Part shown: piece after piece, positions 36,105-47,234 of the stretch
How positions within the stretch are numbered: position 1 is the stretch's first letter
Layout: each line of letters opens with the position of its first letter
Assembly: GCA_048013815.1 (NCBI GenBank)
Contig: CM106585.1
Coordinates: 20,274,001 to 20,338,000, forward strand
Length of the DNA stretch: 64,000 nucleotides
Reading direction: 5' to 3'
From: Setoptus koraiensis
Taxonomy: Eukaryota; Animalia; Arthropoda
Notes under the pieces: model-generated
Seen by the model: the letters and a program-made list of their open reading frames with translations, nothing else
Databases searched by the model: none
What the model was told of the DNA's origin: nothing
Position numbers and translations under genes: made by a program

Positions 36105-36737
36105 TCAATCTCTACAACAGACATCTATATCTCTGTCAGGTTCCGTCATTCCATCATCGGTAATCGCATCTAGAACAATTAAGAACAACGGTGTATATTT
36201 GATTAAATTAATTGCATCTCCTCCAAGATAATTGAAGAAGGACATTGCGACATCCTGATTAGAAAAAAGAGTTACAAATAACCCACCTGAACATTGACCA
36301 TTGAGAGGCGTGAAGCGAAGAGAGGCCGAATTAACACAATAGCGTTTACGAGTTGGTTCCGGTCCATCGCCAAATATGTGACCAAGGTGCGCTTTACATT
36401 TCGAGCAAACAATCTCATTTCTTATTAGATGAGGCTTACTCTCGATTAGTTTCTCATTATCACCTATCAATTGATAATCTTTCTCTATGGATATTTTACT
36501 TTTGTCGATTGTATCAAAGAACGCAGGCCATCCACACCCTGAATCAAACTTTAAATTCGAGGTAAACAATTGTTGTTGACAAACAACACAACTGTATATT
36601 CCCTCTTCATAAAATCTATCAAATCTACCTGTATTGGGTTTCTCTGTAAATTTCTCTTGAGTAACCTTGTATTGGAGTGGTGTTAGCGACAACTTGAGCT
36701 CATGTTGGCCAGTTGGTCTACGTTCTAGAGCAGTCAT
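36105..36737 (-). CDS. MsrB: Methionine-R-sulfoxide reductase (Zn-binding, Cys form), 210 aa
   Basis: LTPLQYKVTQEKFTEKP, YSCVVC, KFDSGCGWPAF, CSKCKAHLGHIFGDGPEPTRKRYCVNSASLRF. Confidence 0.95.
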   Translation of the reverse strand: MTALERRPTGQHELKLSLTPLQYKVTQEKFTEKPNTGRFDRFYEEGIYSCVVCQQQLFTSNLKFDSGCGWPAFFDTIDKSKISIEKDYQLIGDNEKLIESKPHLIRNEIVCSKCKAHLGHIFGDGPEPTRKRYCVNSASLRFTPLNGQCSGGLFVTLFSNQDVAMSFFNYLGGDAINLIKYTPLFLIVLDAITDDGMTEPDRDIDVCCRD

Positions 36738-37281
36738 TTTGTTGAATTGATTTCGAACACTTGATCAAATGTTAGTTCTTTCCAGTTAAAGTGAATTTTT
36801 CTTTTTATTAAACTTTTTTTAATCGAGCTTTACCAAGTGAAACGCTAACAAGAAAGATATTTTTTTGAGAAAAAAAACTATTCTTATACCATTTTGTTAG
36901 TGAGACATGACCATGAGTAAAGTACATGAGTATAACAATCTTGTTCACTTACAATTTTCATAATTGGTTGCGAATAACAAATTTACTGAATACGATACTA
37001 TCAAGTGGCGTATTAACGACAATTAGCGAGATAAGTCATTATCTCATTACAATCTGAGATGATTTCAAGAGAGAGACTTACTATATCTCACATGATGCTG
37101 CTATCGCCAGTGATGATGAGAAAACTCTATCTTGACTATGCAACAGTTACACCAGTCCATGTATTCAACCGTCGTATTAGATCATCGTTGACAACAATGA
37201 TATGCTCATGACAACTGTTCGAATAGATATTGCATGGCCATAAATATCTGTATGTCAATAATCAACGCTATATATCAGACA

Positions 37282-37772
37282 ATAAGATCAATCAACAACC
37301 GCAGACAGCAGAAGATGATGATGCCGATGTTAATTATTCATGGAATCTAATCACATGACAAACTATCAAACAAATTCGTAGTAAGTTTATCTTATCTTTG
37401 CTAGCTATAAATTATGATAAGCAAAGTACCGGAACCTTGAGTAGTGTAAAAATGTCGCAATGATTGGTGTTTTTCTTTGTGGCGGAATTGACAGCAGCAA
37501 TCATTGACGCGTCTCTAGCTCTATATCTGGTAGGTGTTGATGCGAAAGCTCCCTCGCCTTTTTTGGGGCAGTGGGATCTTTCCTCGGAAATCGATCTTTT
37601 GTGGTGTTTAAGTTTGTTTAGGTGGAGAAAATACTAGATCCTCGGTAGTTTGGCTGTGCGTGGTTTGTAGACTCTTGGTTGTTGCTTGTTTTTGTCTCTT
37701 TCGTTTAGAGGACCCATATGCTCCGGCGGAGTGCTAATGCTCATGATAGGGATCCATGGTTGGATGATAAAT
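37282..37772 (-). pseudogene. Composite duplicated segment: promoter copy (from 39923-40100) joined to a frameshifted 5' copy of the 40828-41406 gene (from ~41069-41422)
   Basis: Direct-orientation near-identity to both donors. The copied ATG at 37757 reads MDPYHEH* because of a 2-nt deletion; further ~9 and ~20 bp deletions follow. Confidence 0.9.
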
Positions 37773-38085
37773 AAGTTGAATGAGGGTGATTTATACAGAT
37801 TTACAGTTATTATTATTATATCACAAACACAATCACCGACCGACACAAGTGTTTTCGCCACAGTTAAATGTTACTGGTATTGTTACTAGAACATTCATTC
37901 ATCGACAATGCATTGTTGTTTGTTGATTGTGCTAACAATAGCCCACGCTGGCTCTTGGTTCTACAATCAGTCTGGAAGCGTCGGATTGGCCCCTCCCGGC
38001 TACCCAAGTTGTTGAATTTAAATGGTTCACCGTCGCTTAATCCAATAATATCCATAGTTTAATTTATTTGAAAGAATTGCGTCTA

Positions 38086-39736
38086 TCAGTGAAGTCTAAC
38101 TGCAAGCATAGATGGATTCTCCAAGTAGTACTTCCAGAGATTGGAGAATCTGGCCACGGTTGCTCCATCAATCACTCTGTGATCGGCGCCCCAAACTACT
38201 TGTACAATGTCGCGAGCCTCAAATTGATCGCCGAGTTTAGATACGTAACGCGGCAACTTTCTAATTTTTCCTACAGCGCCAATCGCAAGCTCCGGTTCAA
38301 CTATAACGGGAACTCCAAAGATTCCACCAATTGAGCCAATGTTGGACAGTGAAAAAGTGCCTTGTGTTAGGTCCGACACTGCCAAACTGCCAGAGTTACT
38401 AAGATTCTTTAGACGCTCCAATTCAGTAGCCACTTCCAGAACGCTCAATTTCTCGACATTCTTTATATTAGGCACAATTAAACCATCTTTTGTATCCATC
38501 GCTATCCCTATATTGTGATATTCTTTCACTAGTATATGTTGTTCATCTTGACCAATTGTTCCATTCAACAATGGATAGGCAGTCAGAGCCATGGAACACG
38601 ATTTAACCATAAACGCCAGAGAGTTTATCTTCACAGGTAACATTGTGTCTGAGCTCAAAGTTTTCAAAACAATAATTAGATTGGTCACGTCTATTTCATC
38701 GGAATAATAAAAATGAGGAATCTTCAGTGAGTCTGTCATCTTGTTGAACATTGCCTTGGTGATAGCATTAAATCTAACTTTTCGAGTGTTATTGATTGTA
38801 GTTTCTTCTTGGAAGGTACTAATGTTAATTGCACCCACTGTTCCATCCTTGAGATTGTCTAGATAACGGACAAGATCATCTTTCAAGACTCTCCCATCCT
38901 TTCCGGATGGTGACACCTTACTTAAATCAATGCCATGGTCTTTTGCCATTCTTCGTACCGATGGTAGAGTAGACACTATTTGACTAGTAGTTGTTTTGGA
39001 CTTGGATAGCTGTTCATCGATATGAGTTTTATTATCTCCGATATTGGATGTTTCGGTTCGTGGTGAATCCACATTCATAGGATTGTGCATTGCTGAATTA
39101 TCCTGTTTTTCCCTAGATATTGCTACGAGGGGCTTGCCAACTTTTGCCACGGTATCAATATCGTAAAGAAGTTTCTTTATTGTCCCATTATATCTGCTTG
39201 TGATTGTCACAGAAGCCTTGTCACTTTGAACTTCACAAATGGCATCAAATTCCCTGACAATATCCCCTTCTTTGACAAACCTAAAATGCAGTTTTAATAG
39301 ATATCGTTAGCACCACAGCTACTGGATCACAACAATGGGACTGTTGAAAATAGCAGTGAGTGTTAGTAAACTTTACCATTCTTTGACCACCACCTCGGTT
39401 ATCCCTTCACCAATGTCAGCCAAATCAAATAAAACTTCATCGGAGTCTGAATTTATCAAGTGATCAGAAATCAGTCAGAGTTTCTAGTAGAGGCAGTGCG
39501 AATCTCGAAGATCTAATCAAGCCTTTACCTGAATGATTCCATCGTGCATGCCAAATGATAGGTCTTCTCTGGAACAAATAAGTCTTTTTTGCATCATAGT
39601 CTTGATTTATTTCATATGAACTCATCAACGATAGTCTTCTCATCACCAACAGGTACACCTGTTTTGACGGGCGAGTATATGATAGAATACCACTTGTGTA
39701 ACTAAGTGCGAGCCTACGTAATATCAATGAGGTCAT
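38086..39736 (-). CDS. DBT: Branched-chain keto acid dehydrogenase E2 (dihydrolipoamide branched-chain transacylase), ~490 aa; join(39529..39736, 39377..39446, 38086..39280)
   Basis: [40 protein letters not shown] (lipoyl domain), STLPSVRRMAK..SGKDGRVLKDD (E3-binding), IPHFYYSDEID, GTFSLSNIGSIGG, WGADHRVIDGAT. Two GT-AG introns (82 and 96 nt) with matching phases. Confidence 0.95.
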
Positions 39737-40269
39737 TATTATTAATTAAATGCAATTGAATTGAATATATATATATATGTATATTAGATTCTATTATTGA
39801 GATTTATTTATGCAAAGAGATATGAAAATAAAAAAAAAACAACTAGACAAAGAGTAGCTGGCAGCTGAAGATTGTGTGAAATGGTAAATTCCGAAATTTA
39901 ATTAAATCCTAGTCAGTGCCTTATAAGATCAATCAACAACCGCAGACAGCAGATCATGATGCCGATGTTTTTTTTTTTCATTGAATCTAATCACATGACA
40001 AACTATTAAACAAATTCGTAGTAAGTTTATCTTATCTTCGCCAGCTATAAATTATGATAAGCAAAGTACCGGAACCTTGAGTAGTGTAAAAATGTCGCAA
40101 AACTTAGATATGCGGTGTTTGCAATTTTTCAAATTAGGCGCTCTGAAAGATGAAAAGATACCACGCTAGATTAGAGAAAAGTGGTCAATCTTTGCATCAG
40201 AGCCGCAGATGGTCGAATCTACTAATATTAGATAAACATTTTCTCAGCTCTGGACTTCTCTTAGCCATC

Positions 40270-40746
40270 ATGAAATTCAGACAACGAAATGGTAAAAGTA
40301 AAAGGAGAGCGTGCGAGAGAGTCAAAGGCGTCATTTCTGAAGGAATCTCGCACAAGAAAAATACGCGCGGACCCAAGAGAAATCCTGTAAAGCCAGGGAA
40401 GTCCTCACTCAATCCGAAGCAGAAACTATTGAATGCAATCAAGGCCAAAGATGTTCCAATATTTAGACCAGACATGACAGAACAGAAGATTCCGGCCAAG
40501 CAAAGACGTTTGTTTGAGCAGGCTCAGAAGCTAAACAAAAAAGAGTCTAGCAGTAAACAAGTTAAATTATCCTTATCCACAAATTCCAAAGAATATGGAG
40601 GCAACATAAACCTGCCAGAAACGGTCTCTCAGAGGCCATACGAGACGACTGTCCAGTTCCTTAGAAGATTGAATCATTTGTCCGCAAAGGCCAAAGTAGA
40701 GGCAGAGATTGAAGCACGGTTTGATGTGAGTGTGTCGAAGAAGTAA
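40270..40746 (+). CDS. CCDC137: CCDC137-like basic nucleolar protein, ~158 aa
   Basis: DMTEQKIPAKQRRL~NQDEQEIPFRLREI and SQRPYETTVQFLRRL~KQRKGESDGAYIHRM (recalled human motifs); Lys/Arg-rich. The track starts at an upstream ATG, 40150. Confidence 0.65.
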   Translation: MKFRQRNGKSKRRACERVKGVISEGISHKKNTRGPKRNPVKPGKSSLNPKQKLLNAIKAKDVPIFRPDMTEQKIPAKQRRLFEQAQKLNKKESSSKQVKLSLSTNSKEYGGNINLPETVSQRPYETTVQFLRRLNHLSAKAKVEAEIEARFDVSVSKK

Positions 40747-40827
40747 TGAATTGTTTGGTGTTAGAAGAACACTATATTAAAAGCTTTCGTGTTTTAAGTG
40801 ATTTTATAATGGGATTGATGCCATTTA

Positions 40828-41406
40828 TTAGTCTTCATTGAATAAGCGGATGTCCAAGGGGTTCTTGAGGGCCACTTCAAGCGATTGATTGAACTTGTCG
40901 ACGTAATTTTGTAACTCAGGATTAGTTTTCATACACTTCTCCCATATATCTCCTTGTTTCATAGAACTGTCAGCATGCTCCTGTTGTTTGCTTCGACCCG
41001 CCTTATTTGATGACTTTCCAGAATCGAATGAAATGCTTCCTCTTTTATTTGAGTTTATTGGCTTTTTAGCAATGTGATTTGTATTTTTCTTTGTGGCGGA
41101 ATTGACGGCGGCAATCATTGACGCGCCTCTAGTTCTAGATCTGGTAGGTGTTGATGTGAAAGCTCCCTCGCCTTTTTTGTGGGGCCTCTGTCGCAGTGAG
41201 ATCTTCCCCTCGAAATCGATCTTTTTTGGTGTGTAAGTTTGTTTAGGTGGAGAAAATACTAGATCCTCGGTAGTTTGGCTGAGTTTTGTTTGGTTTTTGG
41301 CTGTGCGTGGTTTGTAGACTCTTGGTTGCTGCTTGTTTTTGTCTCTTTCGTTTAGAGGACCCATATGCTCCGGCGGAGTGCTAAATAGCTCATAATATGG
41401 ATCCAT
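40828..41406 (-). CDS. 192-aa basic disordered protein with a Sororin-like C-terminal helix
   Basis: Several S/T-P sites (STPP, FSPPK, YTPK, TSTP); YVDKFNQSLEVALKNPLDI aligns without gaps to recalled Sororin WAAAMNAEFEAAEQFDLLV. Coding status is supported by its duplicate having decayed. Confidence 0.6.
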   Translation of the reverse strand: MDPYYELFSTPPEHMGPLNERDKNKQQPRVYKPRTAKNQTKLSQTTEDLVFSPPKQTYTPKKIDFEGKISLRQRPHKKGEGAFTSTPTRSRTRGASMIAAVNSATKKNTNHIAKKPINSNKRGSISFDSGKSSNKAGRSKQQEHADSSMKQGDIWEKCMKTNPELQNYVDKFNQSLEVALKNPLDIRLFNED

Positions 41407-41827
41407 GGCTGGATGATAAATGATATAAATATAAACTTTTCTTGTTTTAATAATGTTTTAAGTGCGTATCAAGATGGTAACAACACAGAATAACAATGAA
41501 CATTTGCAACGGTCAACTGTTGCCATTCTATTGCCACACAAACGCAAACAACCGATGGGCGCCCAAATTTTATCGAAGGCGCTAAATTCAAACAAAAATT
41601 CGACTGGTCATTGACCGGTGAATATTGCATCAGTTCCTGTAAACCTTCGTGTAATACGAGCAACCTCTCGTGGTTTACGGCCTTTATGATTATAGTGTGC
41701 AGATTAGTCATCCGCACACTTGCAACGATTACAATAATCACAATAATTCTACAACACTTCAACATACTCGAAGAATCATTGATTTTCAATTAAAAATCGT
41801 GTAGAAATTAACAAAATTTCATTTACC

Positions 41828-42478
41828 ATGGAGGCCACCCAAGATGAACAAGTTGGAGTGACGGAACTTGAATCTGTTGTGGTGTCATCGAATGACTATG
41901 AGAAGAAGATAATGTACTCCGAAAAGCGGGTTCTAATGGCCCAGTCTAGAATCATAGAGCAACTCAATAGAGCAAACACAACATTGGGAATGCTAGTAAG
42001 GGAAAAAAATAACCTTGCAAGTCAAAGATCGGAATGGATGAAAAGAAAATCTGTTGAGGAGGAAAGAATTAGATTAGAGGAGGAAGACTTGAAACGTGTT
42101 CATCGAACAGACCTAGAAGAACTAAAACTACAATACAGAAACGAGACAATGGAAAAGCTTAAAGACATATCGATAGAGATCGAATCTAAAACTAGAGAAT
42201 ATGATGAGTTGCGCAAAATAATGGCCAAAGGCTTCGGTGAAAGAAGAACCAAGGAGAGCGAAATAAGATCGGAGTATCAAGTGAGAATCAACGAGCTACT
42301 TCGACAACAAGGCGCCATGGCGAGATGTGGAGTAAGCAGAGCTCATAAGAGAAACTTTCCGGAAGTTGATGGACGTGAAAATAATAGCTTGGATATGCTA
42401 AGAAGCATGAGTACATCTCATGTTGGAACGAGGATTAGAAACGTCAATATTTCTAGGCCTAAGAGAGGCAATTGTTGA
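41828..42478 (+). CDS. Orphan coiled-coil protein, 216 aa
   Basis: ATG-initiated ORF with an E/K/R-rich heptad pattern; no family recognised. Confidence 0.65.
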   Translation: MEATQDEQVGVTELESVVVSSNDYEKKIMYSEKRVLMAQSRIIEQLNRANTTLGMLVREKNNLASQRSEWMKRKSVEEERIRLEEEDLKRVHRTDLEELKLQYRNETMEKLKDISIEIESKTREYDELRKIMAKGFGERRTKESEIRSEYQVRINELLRQQGAMARCGVSRAHKRNFPEVDGRENNSLDMLRSMSTSHVGTRIRNVNISRPKRGNC

Positions 42479-42616
42479 GTTCACGTTCGATAAAAAGGTT
42501 TACTTAGTTGGCTAAAATTGGTTTATTGATTAAAATGATGGTATGTGTCAAATAGTAGTAGCAGTAATTTCATTTGAATGATATTCTTTAAATTTAAATG
42601 GCTGTTAAAAAAATTT

Positions 42617-43525
42617 TTAGTCCATTCTGATATGGCTAGCCAACTTGATGAGGTTGGTCGAGTTCGAAGAGCAAGCCACGTAAGATGATGTACATTGTTC
42701 ACACTTTCCTAATGATTGTCTTCCTTTGTTAGCAGCATCCTGGTAAAATCGGCTCTCTGTTTTGTTGAATACGTCGGCGTTTTGTAGTCTCACCATGTTC
42801 ATGAATACTTGTTTGCCGTCAGCTCCAAATCCTTGTGGGTTACAGTTGAGGTCACACACGGCTCTCGCTACACAGTCCTCGAATTTCGCCTCTCTTACAA
42901 GGTTGAAGGCAGTCTTGATGACTTCTGGGTCAATTTTGTTGGCTCTACGGACACGAACGTGAGTATCAGCGGGAGCTCCCAAAACTCCATCCAGACCAGA
43001 TGTGACGTTAACTTCTTTGTGGTGGTGTCCTACTAGTGGTGAGTCGACAGTTCCTTCTAATGAGATGGATGTATCGCCAACAGATTTAGCCAATGACGAT
43101 GCGGCTGAACTTGCTTCTGTGAGGGACTTGTTAGCCACGTTACCGGCCGCAACGACTTTCTCCGCAACAGGTCTGAGTGCCGAGGCTGCCACGCCAAGTC
43201 CCGCGCCCTTGACACCGGTACCTGCCAGCTCGAGTTTGGCACCGTCTTTGGCCATTATGAGTCCCACTACTTTTACGCCAGATCCGGCTGCTTTCATACC
43301 TGTGCCTACGGCGGCAGCATGTAATCCTCCTGCGACGGCTATTGGTTTGAGGGCGAGATCGGCAGCTGTTTTACCAGCAGCGAAAATTTTGACACCAGCC
43401 ATTTCTTCGGCATCGGCCAGTTTGGCGCACAATGTCCTCAGCATTGGTGCGGGGATGATAAGAGCTTGACATGATGACGCTAGGCAAAGAGTCACGGATA
43501 ATAAAATGACAATCTTGAAAGACAT
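42617..43525 (-). CDS. Secreted protein copy A, 302 aa: signal peptide, Ala/Gly/Lys-rich region, RVRR site, six-Cys DM4/DM12-like domain
   Basis: MSFKIVILLSVTLCLASSCQA signal-like; DCVARAVCDLNCNPQGFG..YQDAANKGR..CEQC..Y..C resembles the DM4/DM12 pattern (CxxRAxCE..YxxA..G..C..Y..C). Confidence 0.88.
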   Translation of the reverse strand: MSFKIVILLSVTLCLASSCQALIIPAPMLRTLCAKLADAEEMAGVKIFAAGKTAADLALKPIAVAGGLHAAAVGTGMKAAGSGVKVVGLIMAKDGAKLELAGTGVKGAGLGVAASALRPVAEKVVAAGNVANKSLTEASSAASSLAKSVGDTSISLEGTVDSPLVGHHHKEVNVTSGLDGVLGAPADTHVRVRRANKIDPEVIKTAFNLVREAKFEDCVARAVCDLNCNPQGFGADGKQVFMNMVRLQNADVFNKTESRFYQDAANKGRQSLGKCEQCTSSYVACSSNSTNLIKLASHIRMD

Positions 43526-43783
43526 GATATTTAATGAGAATACGTTAGTTAACAGGTGGACTAGGTATCAGTGGTAGGCTTGGTGGTTCAACTAGAGATG
43601 TTTGACTAGGAAACTTGAGTTGACTAAAATGTGTTGATTAATGGTTAACTTGTTGAAGTGATTATAGAACTTGTGCTCGTGAAATGAACTGAATGTCGAT
43701 GATTTGTTGATTGGCTAAATGAGCTGAGGGGCGTAAGTGGTACGATGATACTGATCAATGGAAAAGGTTAAATAATGCCACTG

Positions 43784-43791
43784 TATTTATA
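43784..43791 (-). promoter_or_regulatory. TATA box of copy A
   Basis: TATAAATA inside the block AATTTTGTATAAATACAGTGGCATT shared by both arms; TCAGT initiator-like motif about 30 nt downstream. Confidence 0.7.
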
Positions 43792-43967
43792 CAAAATTCC
43801 TTCCTCTGAATGCACCAAAATGTAACTAACAAATGCACTAGTTTTAACCAACACCACACATGTTGAGCGCGCACGCTGCCTAGCTACAATTACTAGGTTA
43901 TGTTACTAGCTTACACTAGGTAACGTTGTAGTTGTAACATTCTGGAAGAACTAAGGAAGAAATTTTG

Positions 43968-43975
43968 TATAAATA
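43968..43975 (+). promoter_or_regulatory. TATA box of copy B
   Basis: Same conserved block; TCATTC initiator-like motif about 30 nt downstream. Confidence 0.7.
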
Positions 43976-44233
43976 CAGTGGCATTGTCCACATCCAATCA
44001 TCATTCAGCATCCTCTCACAAGTTAAGTCTATTAGCCAATTTAGCCAATTAACACATTTTCTAAATTTAAATCGTTTCACGAGCACAAGCTCTATAATCA
44101 CACTAACAAGTTAATTATTAAATAATACATTTTAGTAACCTTAAATTCCGTAGTCAAACATCTCCAGTTGAATCATCAAACTTACCACTGACACATAGTC
44201 CACCTGTTAATTAACCTATTCTCACTAAACATA

Positions 44234-45142
44234 ATGTCTTTCAAGATCATCATTTTATTATCCGTGACCATTTGCCTAGCGTCAGTATGTCAAGCTTTTA
44301 TCATCCCCGCACCAATGCTGAGGACATTGTGCGCCAAACTGGCCGATGCCGAAGAACTGGCCGGTGTCAAGGCTCTAGCTGCCGGTAAAATAGCTGCCGA
44401 TATCGCCCTCAAACCGATAGCTGTCATAGGAGGACTACACGCTGCTGCCGTAGGCACAGGTATGAAAGTAGCCGGAGCCGGCGTTAAAATAGTGGGACTC
44501 AAAATGGCTAAAGACGGCGCTAAACTAGAGTTGGCAGGTGCTGGTGTCAAGGGCGCGGGACTTGGCGTGGCAGCCTTGGCACTTCGACCTGTTGCGGAGA
44601 AAGTTGTTGTTGCCGGTAACGTGGCCAACAAGTCCCTTACAGCCGCTAGCTCAGCCGCATCCGCATTGGCTAAATCTGTTGGCGACACATCCATCTCATT
44701 CGAAGGAACTATCGACTCACCATTAGTAGGACACCACCACAAAGAAGTCAACGTCACAGCTGGTCTGGATGGAGTTTTGGGAGCTCCCGCTGATACTCAC
44801 GTTCGTGTCCGTAGAGCCAACAAAATTGACCCAGAAGTCATCAAGACTGCCTTTAACCTTGTAAGAGAGGCGAAATTCGAGGACTGTGTAGCGAGAGCCG
44901 TGTGTGACCTCAACTGTAACCCACAAGGATTTGGAGCTGACGGCAAACAAGTATTCATGAACATGGTGAGACTACAAAACGCCGACGTATTCAACAAAAC
45001 AGAGAGCCGATTTTACCAGGATGCTGCTAACAAAGGAAGACAATCATTAGGAAAGTGTGAACAATGTACATCATCTTACGTGGCTTGCTCTTCGAACTCG
45101 ACCAACCTCATCAAGTTGGCTAGCCATATCAGAATGGACTAA
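44234..45142 (+). CDS. Secreted protein copy B, 302 aa (paralog of copy A)
   Basis: 22 aa differences from copy A, all within residues 1-176; the remaining C-terminal part is identical. Confidence 0.88.
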   Translation: MSFKIIILLSVTICLASVCQAFIIPAPMLRTLCAKLADAEELAGVKALAAGKIAADIALKPIAVIGGLHAAAVGTGMKVAGAGVKIVGLKMAKDGAKLELAGAGVKGAGLGVAALALRPVAEKVVVAGNVANKSLTAASSAASALAKSVGDTSISFEGTIDSPLVGHHHKEVNVTAGLDGVLGAPADTHVRVRRANKIDPEVIKTAFNLVREAKFEDCVARAVCDLNCNPQGFGADGKQVFMNMVRLQNADVFNKTESRFYQDAANKGRQSLGKCEQCTSSYVACSSNSTNLIKLASHIRMD

Positions 45143-45275
45143 ATTTTATAATAGCCATCTGAACTTTAAGAATATCATTTAAATGAAATCAACTCCTATT
45201 GTTTGACACAAACTATTATTTTAATCAATAAACCAATTTTAGCCAACTAATTAAACCTTTTTATTGAGCGTGAAC

Positions 45276-45474
45276 TCAATAATCGCCTCTCTTGGGACTC
45301 GAAATATTCACTTTTCATATCCTTGTTCCAACATTAGATGCACTCATGCTTCTTAGCATATCCCAGCTATATTTTCACGTCCTTCAACTTCCGGAAAGTT
45401 TCTCTTATGAACTCTGTGTACTCCACAACCCTTGGCGCATTGCCGTCTAGGTAACTCGTTGACTCTTACTTGAT
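45276..45474 (-). pseudogene. Decayed copy of the 3' end of the 41828-42478 coiled-coil gene
   Basis: Reads HQVRVNEL..HKRNFPEVEGREN, then a 1-nt deletion (AAAATATAGC vs AAAATAATAGC) leads to a stop; no 5' part. Confidence 0.85.
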
Positions 45475-45740
45475 GGGCTAAAGAAATGTTGAGACAGAGA
45501 GACTTTTGTATATTTACTGTGTGATAGACGAGAGTAGGATTTTATTTATCAGCTTTTGCCTCATGAGTCAGAGATAGAGAGAGAAGAGAGTGTGAGAAAT
45601 AGTAACAATATTCTGATGTAGACTTGGCGATCTCACTCTAATGTTCCATTTTCCGAATAGTTAGAGCTGCCACACTTTACTTAATTAAGGTATATTAGTA
45701 TATAATAATAATAATGAATACTGCCGTGTACAATAAAAGC

Positions 45741-46883
<1,143 letters not shown>

Positions 46884-47208
46884 TTAATTGGTGTTGTGTG
46901 TGTCGGTTGGTGAATTGAATTAGTTTGACTACTAGGCGTGTTGGTGTTGATTTTGATGTTGATTTTCGATTGTTTGTTGTTTGTGTGGCGTGCGGTGTAG
47001 ATTCGTTTGGGAGATACAATAATAATAATGATAATTGAGGTGATAGTTAAATATAAATATTTTAAACGTTAATACAATAATAATATGATAATAGTAATGT
47101 GATATAGAAATAAATAAAGTGAATGATTGTCAAATGACGTTACCTTGTCGCTTGATCGGGGCTGAGTAAATGAAGTTCGGCTCAACATCGACGTTGGATT
47201 TGCTCAAT

Positions 47209-47234
47209 TGTGTGTGTGTGTGTGTGTGTGTGTG
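47209..47234. repeat. (TG)13 microsatellite; similar TG/CA tracts at ~12514-12533 and 17422-17446
   Basis: Direct read. Confidence 0.95.

Larger units (their letters stand above)
42276..45474. repeat. Inverted duplication: arms ~42276-43805 and ~43958-45474 with a ~150-bp spacer
   Basis: Reverse-complement alignment runs continuously through promoter, CDS, 3' region and the tail of the neighbouring gene. Confidence 0.93.

Noticed and set aside
36255-36286. Possible 32-nt GT-AG intron in the MsrB tail; selenocysteine form of MsrB
   Set aside because: Much shorter than any supported intron here and frame-shifting; the catalytic residue is an ordinary Cys codon.
42762-44997. Duplicated antisense ORFs (155, 75 and 66 aa) in both palindrome arms
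   Set aside because: Their conservation follows from the duplicated sense genes; no independent evidence.
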